IMG/VR virus record: IMGVR_UViG_3300037400_003633
Coordinates: 22,560 to 86,559 of that record
DNA: 64,000 nucleotides
Reading direction: 5' to 3' (one strand)
Source of the DNA: a virus
Taxonomy: Duplodnaviria > Caudoviricetes
Shown here piece by piece: positions 9,057-17,798 of this stretch. The notes beneath the pieces are model-generated. The model saw only the letters and a list, made by a program, of their open reading frames with translations, was not told the origin of the DNA and searched no databases. Made by a program: the position numbers and the translations under genes. Positions within the stretch are counted from its first letter, which is position 1; each line of letters begins with the position of its first letter.

Positions 9057-9130
9057 AAATAAGGCAATTTCTTTGTTATTTCAAAAGTTTTCCTTAACTT
9101 TGCCCTGTCAAACAATAAAACATTAGTATT

Positions 9131-9790
9131 ATGGAAAAAAATGGTATTAAATTAGAAGTTATTCCCCACTACGTTGATGAGATTCTTGTTGACGGTAGAA
9201 AGTCTCACAGGACACTTATTAGGAAGGCTAATGCAAGGCTTTCTGAGTATAGCATGGGTAGTAAGTATTCATTCAATGATGACGATGATTTTGACACTGA
9301 ATGCCCTATCGAAATGGAGTTCTACGACGGTATAGCACTGGCTACTGATGGTTGCGGTCTATGCCTGACCTATCCAAAGTTGGAAGAAGTTGCCAAGTCT
9401 ATTGTCCGTCAGGAAAAGATTCAGGAATACACTGGTATCTATGACGGTACTATCAATCAGCATGACGTTGCCTTGACCTATGGCGTGTTGAAATTCGATG
9501 AAAAGCAGGACAAGGTTAGCACATCTATTAGTATGCAAGCCTTTGAGCATGAGGCACTGGTATTGATGTCAGGTGACATATTTCAACAGGTATATAATAT
9601 GTCAGAAGTGTATGACTATAACCTTGCTGCCAGTCTTGTTCGTGACGCTGCCTTACGCTTTGAAAAGAAGTGGTGGGAAATGAAAGCGGACGATAAGGAT
9701 GATATGCTTGACTACATCTTTGAAATGGAGAAGTTCGAGGAAGAAGAACTTGCACGTTTACGTGAGATTTACGATACTGAAAACGTTTAA
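9131..9790 (+). CDS. hypothetical protein
   Basis: ORF track; promoter + leader. Confidence 0.8.
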   Translation: MEKNGIKLEVIPHYVDEILVDGRKSHRTLIRKANARLSEYSMGSKYSFNDDDDFDTECPIEMEFYDGIALATDGCGLCLTYPKLEEVAKSIVRQEKIQEYTGIYDGTINQHDVALTYGVLKFDEKQDKVSTSISMQAFEHEALVLMSGDIFQQVYNMSEVYDYNLAASLVRDAALRFEKKWWEMKADDKDDMLDYIFEMEKFEEEELARLREIYDTENV

Positions 9791-9839
9791 AAATTGACTG
9801 TTATGTTCTATCTCTTTCTTATATTAAGTTTTGTGGTAA

Positions 9840-9868
9840 TGGTTGTGGATGAGTATGTCCACAACCCC
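9840..9868 (+). terminator. hairpin GGTTGTGGA/TCCACAACC
   Basis: inverted repeat downstream of stop 9790. Confidence 0.55.
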
Positions 9869-9976
9869 CAATTCAGGAAGAAAATAAAAAACATTAAAGA
9901 ATAATCGCTGAAAAATTTGGATATTCCAAAAAAAATATGTATCTTTGCACTGTCAAACAATTAAACAATAATAACA

Positions 9977-10282
9977 ATGGAAGAACTTTGGACAAATTTA
10001 AACTCTATGAGAGTTGCAACATTCGGGCTGTCAGAAAAACAGCACGACATGGTAGTTAAGATGCTACAGGAAGATAGAGAAACCAAGGGAGGCTATCGTC
10101 TGACTGAGCCTGACAGAGAAATGGTAAACGTGTGGATTGCTGATGCTCACAGCGAGGGTAGAGAGGACTATGCAGAGTTCCTGAGACTTGCACTGGCAGA
10201 AGATGCAGACCTATATACACTGGTTGATGAGAGCCTGATTGGTTGCTCGCAGGAGATTGGCGAAGTAGCTGTTTACAAATAA
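9977..10282 (+). CDS. hypothetical protein
   Basis: ORF track; promoter + leader. Confidence 0.8.
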   Translation: MEELWTNLNSMRVATFGLSEKQHDMVVKMLQEDRETKGGYRLTEPDREMVNVWIADAHSEGREDYAEFLRLALAEDADLYTLVDESLIGCSQEIGEVAVYK

Positions 10283-10296
10283 GAAAGGAGGGTAAT

Positions 10297-10434
10297 ATGG
10301 CATACATTAAGATTGGTTTTCCTGAAGTTCAGGAACTCATGGAAGAAGAAGATTTCATGGATAATGCAGTAGCGACCAATGAGCCAGGTGTTTACCTTGT
10401 AGATGAAGACTGGCTTGATGAGTTTGAAGAGTAA
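10297..10434 (+). CDS. small acidic hypothetical protein
   Basis: start corrected to ATG 10297. Confidence 0.6.
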   Translation: MAYIKIGFPEVQELMEEEDFMDNAVATNEPGVYLVDEDWLDEFEE

Positions 10435-10471
10435 AAAACAAAGTAATAGTATATTTATATAACACAATATT

Positions 10472-10744
10472 ATGGCACAGAGAGTGAAGAGATTCAACAA
10501 GGCTTTTGGCAACTGCCTGTTTTGCAGCAGAGATAATGTTGCCAAGGTGATTGCAGAGCGCATCGAGGAATATGATGTATTTGCAGATAAGCCAACAGGG
10601 ATAAAGATGGAGCGCATCGACGAAATGCACGACCGATTATCCTTAACATTCAGCAATGGTACACTGGATGGTATTGTGACATGGCGTAAAGCACTGGATG
10701 GGCATCAATATGTCTTATCAGGCTACGAAGTAACAGAGAGTTAA
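10472..10744 (+). CDS. hypothetical protein
   Basis: ORF track; TATTTATA at 10452-10459 upstream. Confidence 0.75.
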   Translation: MAQRVKRFNKAFGNCLFCSRDNVAKVIAERIEEYDVFADKPTGIKMERIDEMHDRLSLTFSNGTLDGIVTWRKALDGHQYVLSGYEVTES

Positions 10745-10824
10745 TATCATATTGTAAGATTCGTGATTTGTGTTTTTCATGGTAGTGCCATTCCAGTCAG
10801 TGATGATAGGGGTGGCTTTTTTTT
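10745..10824 (+). ncRNA. candidate antisense-TIR small RNA D with terminator
   Basis: TAT-CAT-ATTGTAAGATTCGTGATTTGTGTTTTT then GCCATTCC..GTGA..GGGGTGGC + T-run. Confidence 0.45.
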
Positions 10825-10828
10825 ATAT

Positions 10829-10856
10829 GGCTCTGTGGTGGAACTGGCATACACAA
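10829..10856 (+). pseudogene. isolated tRNA 5' fragment (acceptor strand + D arm)
   Basis: GGCTCTG TG GTG GAACTGGCATA CAC A; no anticodon or T arm follows. Confidence 0.55.
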
Positions 10857-10863
10857 CAAATAA

Positions 10864-10965
10864 GGGGGAGTGTCGAAACTGGTAGCCGAGGGGGACTTAA
10901 AATCCCCTGCCCATTAGTATTACACGAAAGTAAGTAGCGTGAGGGTTCGAGTCCCTCCTCCCCTA
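10864..10965 (+). tRNA. trnL: tRNA-Leu(TAA) with a 33-nt variable region
   Basis: acceptor GGGGGAG/CTCCCCT, A73, D stem TCG/CGA, anticodon arm GGGGA-CTTAAAA-TCCCC, T arm GAGGG-TTCGAGT-CCCTC. Confidence 0.85.
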
Positions 10966-11051
10966 CACTTTTCATAAAAAACCTTAAAAAGTTTTGTAGT
11001 CTCATATATTTTATGTAATTTTGCAGTGTCAAACAATAAAACATAAGAGAT

Positions 11052-11339
11052 ATGAAAAGGTACAAAGTTAGAATCACAGACAGAAACGGCTTCTACAAGG
11101 AGTTCGATGATGGCAGTATCATTGGTGGGCACTATGGTGAGCCTATCGTAGTTACTATGCTGCTTAATGAGAATGAATTTAAGGCTCTTACAATGTTTAT
11201 GGGTCAGGTGAGCGAATTACGTCACGATGTGGCTGCATTTAACCTATCCCAGTGTTGTGTGCTGACACCTTGGCATAAGAGGGTGATGTGCAAATACTTT
11301 AAGGCTTTCACAGAACAGGTAACAATAGAAATACTATAA
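11052..11339 (+). CDS. hypothetical protein
   Basis: ORF track; promoter + leader. Confidence 0.8.
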   Translation: MKRYKVRITDRNGFYKEFDDGSIIGGHYGEPIVVTMLLNENEFKALTMFMGQVSELRHDVAAFNLSQCCVLTPWHKRVMCKYFKAFTEQVTIEIL

Positions 11340-11343
11340 GGCT

Positions 11344-11775
11344 ATGGAAAAGACGAGAGAAGAAATGCTTGCCATTATCCGTAAAGTGATTGGCAATAAG
11401 AGATTTATATTCTCTGATGCATACGTTAAAAAGGCTGGCTATCCAAAGGTTGGCAATGACAGGGAAATATGTGCTATAACACAGCAAAATGTTTTCTTCA
11501 CGTCAAAGGTTCTTATCAGATACTTCTACGATGAGGAAACAGATAACTATCCTGCTAAGATTGATAAACTGCCAATTTGTAGGCGTTTCGACGGATTCAC
11601 CAGAAGTAATCTGAAACTGGACGATTTGTCACTGGGAGACCTGAGAAGCCTATACAATGGGCTTACTTACTATCTGTGGTGGGAAAACGACGTAAGACTG
11701 CCTGAAATCAGGAAACAGTTCACAGAGTGTGAGGAAAAAGCAAAGATGTATGCTAAGTTAGAGAAATTGGTCTAA
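11344..11775 (+). CDS. hypothetical protein
   Basis: ORF track. Confidence 0.8.
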   Translation: MEKTREEMLAIIRKVIGNKRFIFSDAYVKKAGYPKVGNDREICAITQQNVFFTSKVLIRYFYDEETDNYPAKIDKLPICRRFDGFTRSNLKLDDLSLGDLRSLYNGLTYYLWWENDVRLPEIRKQFTECEEKAKMYAKLEKLV

Positions 11776-11796
11776 GGAGTAAACCTTTTTAAATCA

Positions 11797-11838
11797 GGAT
11801 GCTGGGGCGTTGGGGAGCGTTTCCAGCATCTTTTTTTT
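11797..11838 (+). terminator. intrinsic terminator
   Basis: GATGCTGG...CCAGCATC + T-run. Confidence 0.7.
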
Positions 11839-11918
11839 CGAAAAAAGTTGGGAAAAAGTTTGGTTATTCCAAATATTTTATGTAAATTTGCAGCAGATTA
11901 AACAAAAACATAAGAGAT

Positions 11919-12281
11919 ATGAAGTATACAAAGATTTTCGATGCCTACAAGAAAAAGACTGACTTGCTGATGAACTATCAGTTGTGTCGTGCATACTTTG
12001 GCGACAATTGCAGTATTCTGCGAATCGTTGAGAAGATTCTGCTTGAACGTTTTAGCGATGTTCCTTTCAAGGAAAAGACCATTGGTAGGGTTCTATCAAA
12101 TTTGGTTGGTAAGACTAATCCAGTAGTTGAGATTCCAAAGTGGGAAATCAAAATGACCGCCAGTGAGATTCTTGCTGCCTACGTTGAAAAGCGATTCGAT
12201 AAGATGGTCAGGGAGCAGTTGAACGGTAAGCCAAACTACCCGCTAACGTTCAGAGACATTGTCGAGAGAAATTTGGAGTAA
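11919..12281 (+). CDS. hypothetical protein
   Basis: ORF track; promoter + leader. Confidence 0.8.
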   Translation: MKYTKIFDAYKKKTDLLMNYQLCRAYFGDNCSILRIVEKILLERFSDVPFKEKTIGRVLSNLVGKTNPVVEIPKWEIKMTASEILAAYVEKRFDKMVREQLNGKPNYPLTFRDIVERNLE

Positions 12282-12319
12282 ACGTTACTTTTTTTAAATC
12301 ACAATATTTTTGAAGCCAT

Positions 12320-12355
12320 GACTGGTTGTCTGTGAAGATAGCCAGTTATTTTTTT
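12320..12355 (+). terminator. GNRA-loop terminator
   Basis: ACTGGTTGTCT-GTGA-AGATAGCCAGT + T-run. Confidence 0.75.
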
Positions 12356-12434
12356 CGAAAAAAGTTCAGAAAAAGTTTGGTTAATCCAAATATTTTCCCT
12401 AACTTTGCCACGTGAAACTTAAACAATAATAGTT

Positions 12435-12710
12435 ATGGCAAGAAAAATTTACGTATTAGGCTACGAAACAGCCGACGATGGCAGAGGCACAATCTGTGCA
12501 GTGCCTGACAAAAACAATCTCACTGACGAACAGAAGAAGGAGATTAGAAAGAGTATCGAGAATTCATTCAGTGAGGAATTCGAGAATGAGGCTGATGCAG
12601 ATGAGTTAGTAGACTTTGAGAAAACTCTTAGTACTCTCCTGAAAGGTGAGGACAGCAGTTGGGTTAACTACTACTGGTTTGCGTGGATTGAAATAGATTT
12701 GATTGACTGA
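12435..12710 (+). CDS. hypothetical acidic protein
   Basis: ORF track; promoter + leader. Confidence 0.8.
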   Translation: MARKIYVLGYETADDGRGTICAVPDKNNLTDEQKKEIRKSIENSFSEEFENEADADELVDFEKTLSTLLKGEDSSWVNYYWFAWIEIDLID

Positions 12711-12785
12711 TTCTTCCATATCTTAAAGTTTAGTTGTTGACAGGAGGACTGGGTAATGCATAACACCTAGTCTTCCATCTTTTTT
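12711..12785 (+). ncRNA. candidate antisense-TIR small RNA E with terminator
   Basis: TTCTTC-CAT-ATCTTAAAGTTTAGTTGTTGA then GGAGGACT..AGTCTTCC hairpin + T-run. Confidence 0.55.
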
Positions 12786-12864
12786 ATTAAAAAATGCAAA
12801 AAAGTTTTGTAGTCTGAAATATTTTATCTAATTTTGCGGTGTCAAACAATAAAACATAAAAGAT

Positions 12865-13098
12865 ATGACTTACAGCATGATTATTCAAAAAAACCTGTAC
12901 GACCCTGAATATATCAATGGGTTACAGACTTGGCAGCAGGTGACAGAGAAACTGCGTAGTGGGCTTCCAACATGTACGAAATCTGTACACATCTACAAGT
13001 TTTCGAGTAACAACAAGACAATAGGTAGTTGCATTGTTACAATGGCTAACATTGTCAAGGTTGCTAACACTTTGAGAGATAAACAAGCATTATATTAA
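12865..13098 (+). CDS. hypothetical protein
   Basis: ORF track; promoter + leader. Confidence 0.75.
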   Translation: MTYSMIIQKNLYDPEYINGLQTWQQVTEKLRSGLPTCTKSVHIYKFSSNNKTIGSCIVTMANIVKVANTLRDKQALY

Positions 13099-13119
13099 CA
13101 ACTTAAAATTTCAAAGATT

Positions 13120-13749
13120 ATGGGACAGTATTACAGACCAGTAGTTTTAAAGAAGAACTACAAGACAGCTAACAATCCAGTTGAGGCTTCGTTATCGCCT
13201 TACGACTATTGCAACGGTGCAAAGTTGATGGAACACTCCTACGTTGCTAATAGATACGTTCGTTCTGTTGAGTTTATTCTTGCTAACCAGTTCAAGGGTC
13301 ATCGCTTTGCATGGGTTGGTGACTATGCAAGTGACGTAAACCTGATTAAGACCACAAAGCACCCTGACGGTATAGATTTATACAAGGCAGCTAATAACTG
13401 GATGGACGAAAATGCAAATGCGTACAGGGCATTGCGTGGCACTATTCCAGTAATGTGTGCAGAGTATGAGGATTTTGACCCTTACTTGCACATACCATAC
13501 TACAAGTATCTCGTGAACTATACCAAGAAAGAGTATTGCACCATTCCAAAGTACAACCCTGCAAAGGATGAATGTGTTGTAAATCCGCTTCCATTGCTGA
13601 CAGCAGACGGTAACGGTCAGGGTGGTGGAGATTACTATGTAGAGGATGCACGTGTAGGCTCGTGGGCTTACGACAGCATAGGACTTACCAACGACAGCAA
13701 CGAGATTAAGGGCTTCAAGAGAATAAGCGGTAAGTTCAAGAGAGAATAA
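13120..13749 (+). CDS. conserved-looking phage protein (MGQYY...KLMEHSY...W.GDYA)
   Basis: ORF track; no function recognised. Confidence 0.8.
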   Translation: MGQYYRPVVLKKNYKTANNPVEASLSPYDYCNGAKLMEHSYVANRYVRSVEFILANQFKGHRFAWVGDYASDVNLIKTTKHPDGIDLYKAANNWMDENANAYRALRGTIPVMCAEYEDFDPYLHIPYYKYLVNYTKKEYCTIPKYNPAKDECVVNPLPLLTADGNGQGGGDYYVEDARVGSWAYDSIGLTNDSNEIKGFKRISGKFKRE

Positions 13750-13849
13750 GGCTGTAAGTATCTTAATATATATTAAAAGATTGGGGTATTATTTGGATAT
13801 TCCAATCTTTTTATGTAATTTTGCCATGTCAAACAAAACATTTAAGATT

Positions 13850-14041
13850 ATGGAACAAGTTGCATTATTTAACAAGAATTGGTTCGATGAAAATACCATT
13901 AGCCAAATGTCAAGGGAAGAGGCTATAAGCACTGCAATGCAGTATAATGGTATTGCTTGCATCAGGAACAAGAAAGAAGTTGAGGCTGACAAGCTACGAC
14001 ACCCTGAGAAGTATTCAGCTATTATCATTAAAAACTTATAA
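13850..14041 (+). CDS. hypothetical protein
   Basis: start corrected to ATG 13850. Confidence 0.7.
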   Translation: MEQVALFNKNWFDENTISQMSREEAISTAMQYNGIACIRNKKEVEADKLRHPEKYSAIIIKNL

Positions 14042-14053
14042 AGGTATTGTAGT

Positions 14054-14296
14054 ATGGGATTATTCTTCAATGAAGACAGAAAGACCTATTGCGGAACTTA
14101 TAAGGGGTTCAGAGTATATGGTTTCGGCTGTATGATAGGCAACAACTGGTATGGGGATTATTACATTACTATTCCTCGTGGAGAATCAAAACGACAGATG
14201 AAAGTAAAAGACAGCGTATGTCGCTCTATTGAAGCACTAAAGCAGTATGTGGATAGTCATCTGACAGAACTACAACAGCAGGCTGGACTTAAATAA
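14054..14296 (+). CDS. hypothetical protein
   Basis: ORF track. Confidence 0.7.
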   Translation: MGLFFNEDRKTYCGTYKGFRVYGFGCMIGNNWYGDYYITIPRGESKRQMKVKDSVCRSIEALKQYVDSHLTELQQQAGLK

Positions 14297-14302
14297 GTAC
14301 AA
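14286..14302 (+). promoter_or_regulatory. GACTTAAATAAGTACAA motif, copy 1
   Basis: exact 17-mer found five times in the window. Confidence 0.7.
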
Positions 14303-14335
14303 GGTCGTATGTATAAAAAATAAACACATAGAAAT

Positions 14336-14581
14336 ATGAGAATACAGGTATTACACGCCAGCGTGAATCCACAGTACTATGATACAAAGGAGCTGGCAAA
14401 GATGGATTATAACTCAGCATTGAATTTCTTCGAGAACGACGGAATCAACGCCTGTAGGGTAGAACATCATGATATTGATGCTACAGAGTACAGTGAGCAT
14501 CTGTTTGCGCCTGATGGTATTCAGGGAGGTGATGACAGCGATACAAATCTTGTCTGGCTAAAGGTTACGCCATTTATGTAA
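14336..14581 (+). CDS. hypothetical protein
   Basis: ORF track. Confidence 0.75.
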   Translation: MRIQVLHASVNPQYYDTKELAKMDYNSALNFFENDGINACRVEHHDIDATEYSEHLFAPDGIQGGDDSDTNLVWLKVTPFM

Positions 14582-14610
14582 TATATTATATTAATTAAAT
14601 CAATAGCGTT

Positions 14611-14913
14611 ATGAATAAACATTTGATTAAAATGCGAGACATTCCTCATGCATCAAACTGCATCAAGGCAATCCTGAAACTTGAAGAGGCTGAAAACAAG
14701 TATATCCGAGAGCAAATTACGTTGAAGTGGGGAGATAGGACTCAGGATGAGGCTGTAGCTGAGCTGGGTCAACGTCTGAACAGAGGTCGTGCTCGTGTCC
14801 GAGGCTATCAGGTGGCACTACATGAGTTGAAGCGTTCCCTGAAGCATCATAACCAGTGCTATGATTGGTCTGTTTCACATCAGGAGGCTGTGGCAGTTAC
14901 CACAGAGGCGTAA
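14611..14913 (+). CDS. hypothetical protein
   Basis: ORF track. Confidence 0.75.
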   Translation: MNKHLIKMRDIPHASNCIKAILKLEEAENKYIREQITLKWGDRTQDEAVAELGQRLNRGRARVRGYQVALHELKRSLKHHNQCYDWSVSHQEAVAVTTEA

Positions 14914-15008
14914 AACGTTAAAGATTCTAAAAAATTGAGGCTATCTCTTGGTAGTCTCATTTTTTTTATGTAATTTTGCGTCGAGTTAAACAATTAAACA
15001 GAAGGATT

Positions 15009-15302
15009 ATGAAGTTAAAACATTTTGCGGGCTACGGCTCAGTTGAAGTGAAAAAGCAGTCCAAGACTACTTTCACTAACGAATGGGGAGAGAAAAAGAC
15101 AAAACTCGTCCTGACAGTAAAGGGCAACCATGAACGTGGACTTGTGCGTGATGACATCTACGACGTTAAGCACTGGCTGTTTGACAGATTCGAGAAGAAT
15201 TTCAATGGCGATTACTACAACATCACTATGAGCGTTCATGATGACTACATCAGTGAGAATGGTATCGACGTTGAGGTGGCTACATATACTTTTATCTACT
15301 AA
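15009..15302 (+). CDS. hypothetical protein
   Basis: start corrected to ATG 15009. Confidence 0.75.
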   Translation: MKLKHFAGYGSVEVKKQSKTTFTNEWGEKKTKLVLTVKGNHERGLVRDDIYDVKHWLFDRFEKNFNGDYYNITMSVHDDYISENGIDVEVATYTFIY

Positions 15303-15316
15303 TTGAAAAACGTGAT

Positions 15317-15523
15317 ATGAGTAACAGGGCACGAATAAAGGTTAGGGCTAAAAAACAGGCGAGGCGTATTGCTAAGCCTGTACAGCCTGAAAAGCCTCAC
15401 ACGAGTTTCAATATATTTACTCAAGATGGCAAAAGCCTTACAGATGTAAAGTCGCCACGACCAATGTATCTTGCAGAGGCACAGGCATATTTTAAAGCCT
15501 TATGTATAGGAGCAAATGATTAA
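15317..15523 (+). CDS. basic hypothetical protein
   Basis: ORF track. Confidence 0.65.
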   Translation: MSNRARIKVRAKKQARRIAKPVQPEKPHTSFNIFTQDGKSLTDVKSPRPMYLAEAQAYFKALCIGAND

Positions 15524-15544
15524 AAACATCAAAAGAATTGAAAT

Positions 15545-16045
15545 ATGAACGTTAACGAAATTTATCAAGAGATTAATGCCAAGCACCCAAACTTGGTTGA
15601 AAACCTACTCGACAGGAGCAGTAGGGAGAGTGAGTCAGAGCGTCAGACTATCTACGGAGACCTGATGGACTGGCTGAGGGACTATTACACCATCATTCCA
15701 CTGTATGACAGAAGCACAGTGGCAAATATGCTTATCGGGCAGTACGTCATCAAGCATCCCTATTGCTTACAGAAAATATATATTGTTAAACAGGAAAGCA
15801 ATGTGGATGGTGAACTACTATTTAACGCCACACCTTGCAGGACACTGGAGGCAGCACAAAAGGTCATGTCAGACGAAATTCGTACCATCATGACAGAGAG
15901 CCATCATTTTGGGTGGTGCAAAAACCTTAGCACTCTGGAAAAGGAATACGAGGTTGAAAAGGATGATACATCATTCTATCTCAATGACCCCAGTGATGAC
16001 TACTACGAGGACATTAAAATTGAAGAAAAAATAATCTTGTCATAA
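15545..16045 (+). CDS. hypothetical protein
   Basis: ORF track. Confidence 0.8.
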   Translation: MNVNEIYQEINAKHPNLVENLLDRSSRESESERQTIYGDLMDWLRDYYTIIPLYDRSTVANMLIGQYVIKHPYCLQKIYIVKQESNVDGELLFNATPCRTLEAAQKVMSDEIRTIMTESHHFGWCKNLSTLEKEYEVEKDDTSFYLNDPSDDYYEDIKIEEKIILS

Positions 16046-16123
16046 AAAAAGTTGGGGAAATATTTGGTTATTCCAGATATTTTCCCTAACTTTGCATCGT
16101 CAAACAATTAAAACAATAAGATT

Positions 16124-16351
16124 ATGGCAAGTCAGATAACTAAAAGGATTAAGATTGGCACAAAGGTGACAGCACGTCTATTTGGCGGTAGAATGGTCAC
16201 TGGAGTTGTTGATAGCATCGAGAAGTGCAAGATTGGTGAGAAGTATGGTACACCAGTATCGAGTGCCCCATTTGGTGCAGGTAACTACACATTTGGACTG
16301 GATTGTGGTAATTGGTGTTATGGAGACCAAATAAGGACAATTGTTAATTAA
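16124..16351 (+). CDS. small SH3/KOW-like protein
   Basis: IKIGTKVTARLFGGRMVTGVVDSI beta-barrel pattern. Confidence 0.6.
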   Translation: MASQITKRIKIGTKVTARLFGGRMVTGVVDSIEKCKIGEKYGTPVSSAPFGAGNYTFGLDCGNWCYGDQIRTIVN

Positions 16352-16361
16352 AAGTATAACT

Positions 16362-16562
16362 ATGGGTAAGCAGAGAATGAAAGTGTATAAGGATAAGGAG
16401 TTCAGAGACCTCCTTACATCAAATGGGTATCGGTTGAACAGAAGTTCTGGAGACCACCACATTTACGTCAATGCGACTGGAAGACATGTCTCAGTTAAGT
16501 TCCCAGTGAACCCATGTATTGCGAGAAGACTAATAAAGGAATATAACTTAATAACAACTTAA
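16362..16562 (+). CDS. hicA: HicA-like mRNA interferase
   Basis: KEFRDLL..NGYRL.RSSGDHHIY.N..GRHVSV...NP.IARRLIKE: HicA pattern with the G-x-H motif. Confidence 0.65.
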   Translation: MGKQRMKVYKDKEFRDLLTSNGYRLNRSSGDHHIYVNATGRHVSVKFPVNPCIARRLIKEYNLITT

Positions 16563-16564
16563 AT

Positions 16565-16804
16565 ATGGATAAGGCAAAGTTAACCCAGTTACGGGCACAA
16601 GTGAACAGGCTGTTCAGAGGCAGACCAGAGGGAAGTGTAATACAGTTAATGCTGGACGGTAAGGAATATAGTCATTATGAGATTCCTGAGAATCATTACG
16701 TCACTAGAGACAGCAAACCACCTATAGACTGGTTGAATGAGGCTGTATGCTTCGCAGAACTAAGAGGCATTAAAGGAAATTTCAGCCTCAGGATAAAACC
16801 CTGA
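16565..16804 (+). CDS. hypothetical protein
   Basis: ORF track. Confidence 0.7.
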   Translation: MDKAKLTQLRAQVNRLFRGRPEGSVIQLMLDGKEYSHYEIPENHYVTRDSKPPIDWLNEAVCFAELRGIKGNFSLRIKP

Positions 16805-16813
16805 GAAGACCAT

Positions 16814-16924
16814 AAGGGAGAAAGAGCATGTTGGCGTTGCCAGTGGTGTTCCCACTAAAGAACCCAGCAAGATTCAGGTAGCTCCTGATGCGCTGGAAAG
16901 TAGGTTCGAATCCTTGCTCCCTTT
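16814..16924 (+). ncRNA. tRNA-like RNA of about 110 nt with a very large variable arm and non-canonical anticodon loop
   Basis: acceptor AAGGGAG/CTCCCTT, T loop AGG-TTCGAAT-CCT, D-like GCA-TGTTGGCGT-TGC, stem AGTGG-TGTTC-CCACT, extra arm CCAGC/GCTGG enclosing TCAGG/CCTGA. Confidence 0.6.
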
Positions 16925-16926
16925 CA

Positions 16927-17002
16927 AGCGATTTCAATTCTTCTGATTTATTCATTTTGCATTTACCCAGTGGCTGTCGGGAGACACCTGCTGGGCTTTT
17001 TT
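16927..17002 (+). ncRNA. candidate antisense small RNA F with GNRA terminator
   Basis: reverse complement AAATGCAAA-ATG-AAT-AAA-TCA-GAA-GAA-TTG; hairpin CCCAG..GGGA..CTGGG + T-run. Confidence 0.35.
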
Positions 17003-17081
17003 ATTAAAAATCATTAAAAAGTTTTGTAGTCTGAAATAAAATACCTAACTTTGCCACGTCAAACGATAAAACATTAGGATT

Positions 17082-17309
17082 ATGGATATGACAATTGAAG
17101 AAGTAAGGAACAGCCTCATTGATGGTTTGGAGGATTGCTATACTCCAACTCAGATTGAGTTAATAGACCTTCGTTTAGAAGAGATTGCAAAGGAAGAACA
17201 CCTTACACTTGAAGACCTTGATTACTATTGCACAGCAAATTCAAGTGAGATGTTTACTTGTATTTTTAACTATAAGGAGTTTGATAAGAAGAACTTTGAA
17301 GTAGATTAG
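17082..17309 (+). CDS. hypothetical acidic protein
   Basis: ORF track; promoter + leader. Confidence 0.75.
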   Translation: MDMTIEEVRNSLIDGLEDCYTPTQIELIDLRLEEIAKEEHLTLEDLDYYCTANSSEMFTCIFNYKEFDKKNFEVD

Positions 17310-17325
17310 ACTTAAATAAGTACAA
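17309..17325 (+). promoter_or_regulatory. GACTTAAATAAGTACAA motif, copy 2
   Basis: exact 17-mer; TATGAT at 17331. Confidence 0.7.
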
Positions 17326-17346
17326 AGTCGTATGATTTAAAAAGAA

Positions 17347-17784
17347 ATGTATATGGAAGCGTATATAGACAAGTATAACAAGGCACTGGGTGAGTTCAGG
17401 AACGCAAAGCACGCAATGATGAATGAGATTGTCACTATGATAAAGACAATCGCCTGCAAACCCATACACATAGGTAACACGTATTATTATTACGTTAATC
17501 ATAATGGCGTGGATGTACCTGCGTATTGCAATGAGAATGACTATAATGAGAGCAATCCTGAGTTCCTGCCAGTATATGATGAGGAGGAAACCTATGACTT
17601 TGGTTGGGTAAGATTCGAGGAATGCTGTCGATTATTCGAGGTCATCAGGAGAGTGTTAATGAATAGCGATACTACAAAAGAAATGGCTGAACGTTATAAA
17701 CAATATACGCAAGGTTGGGCATATATACCACCTCAAGACCTTGGCAAATACGAGAAAGCGTTTAAGCAGTTTTATAATAAATAA
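17347..17784 (+). CDS. hypothetical protein
   Basis: ORF track. Confidence 0.8.
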   Translation: MYMEAYIDKYNKALGEFRNAKHAMMNEIVTMIKTIACKPIHIGNTYYYYVNHNGVDVPAYCNENDYNESNPEFLPVYDEEETYDFGWVRFEECCRLFEVIRRVLMNSDTTKEMAERYKQYTQGWAYIPPQDLGKYEKAFKQFYNK

Positions 17785-17798
17785 TCAATATAAGATAT

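Noticed and set aside
16814-16924. tRNA-Sec or a standard tRNA-Asn(GTT)
   Set aside because: No TCA anticodon or long D stem; a GTT reading needs a 4-bp stem with C37/C38, and the T stem has two mismatches
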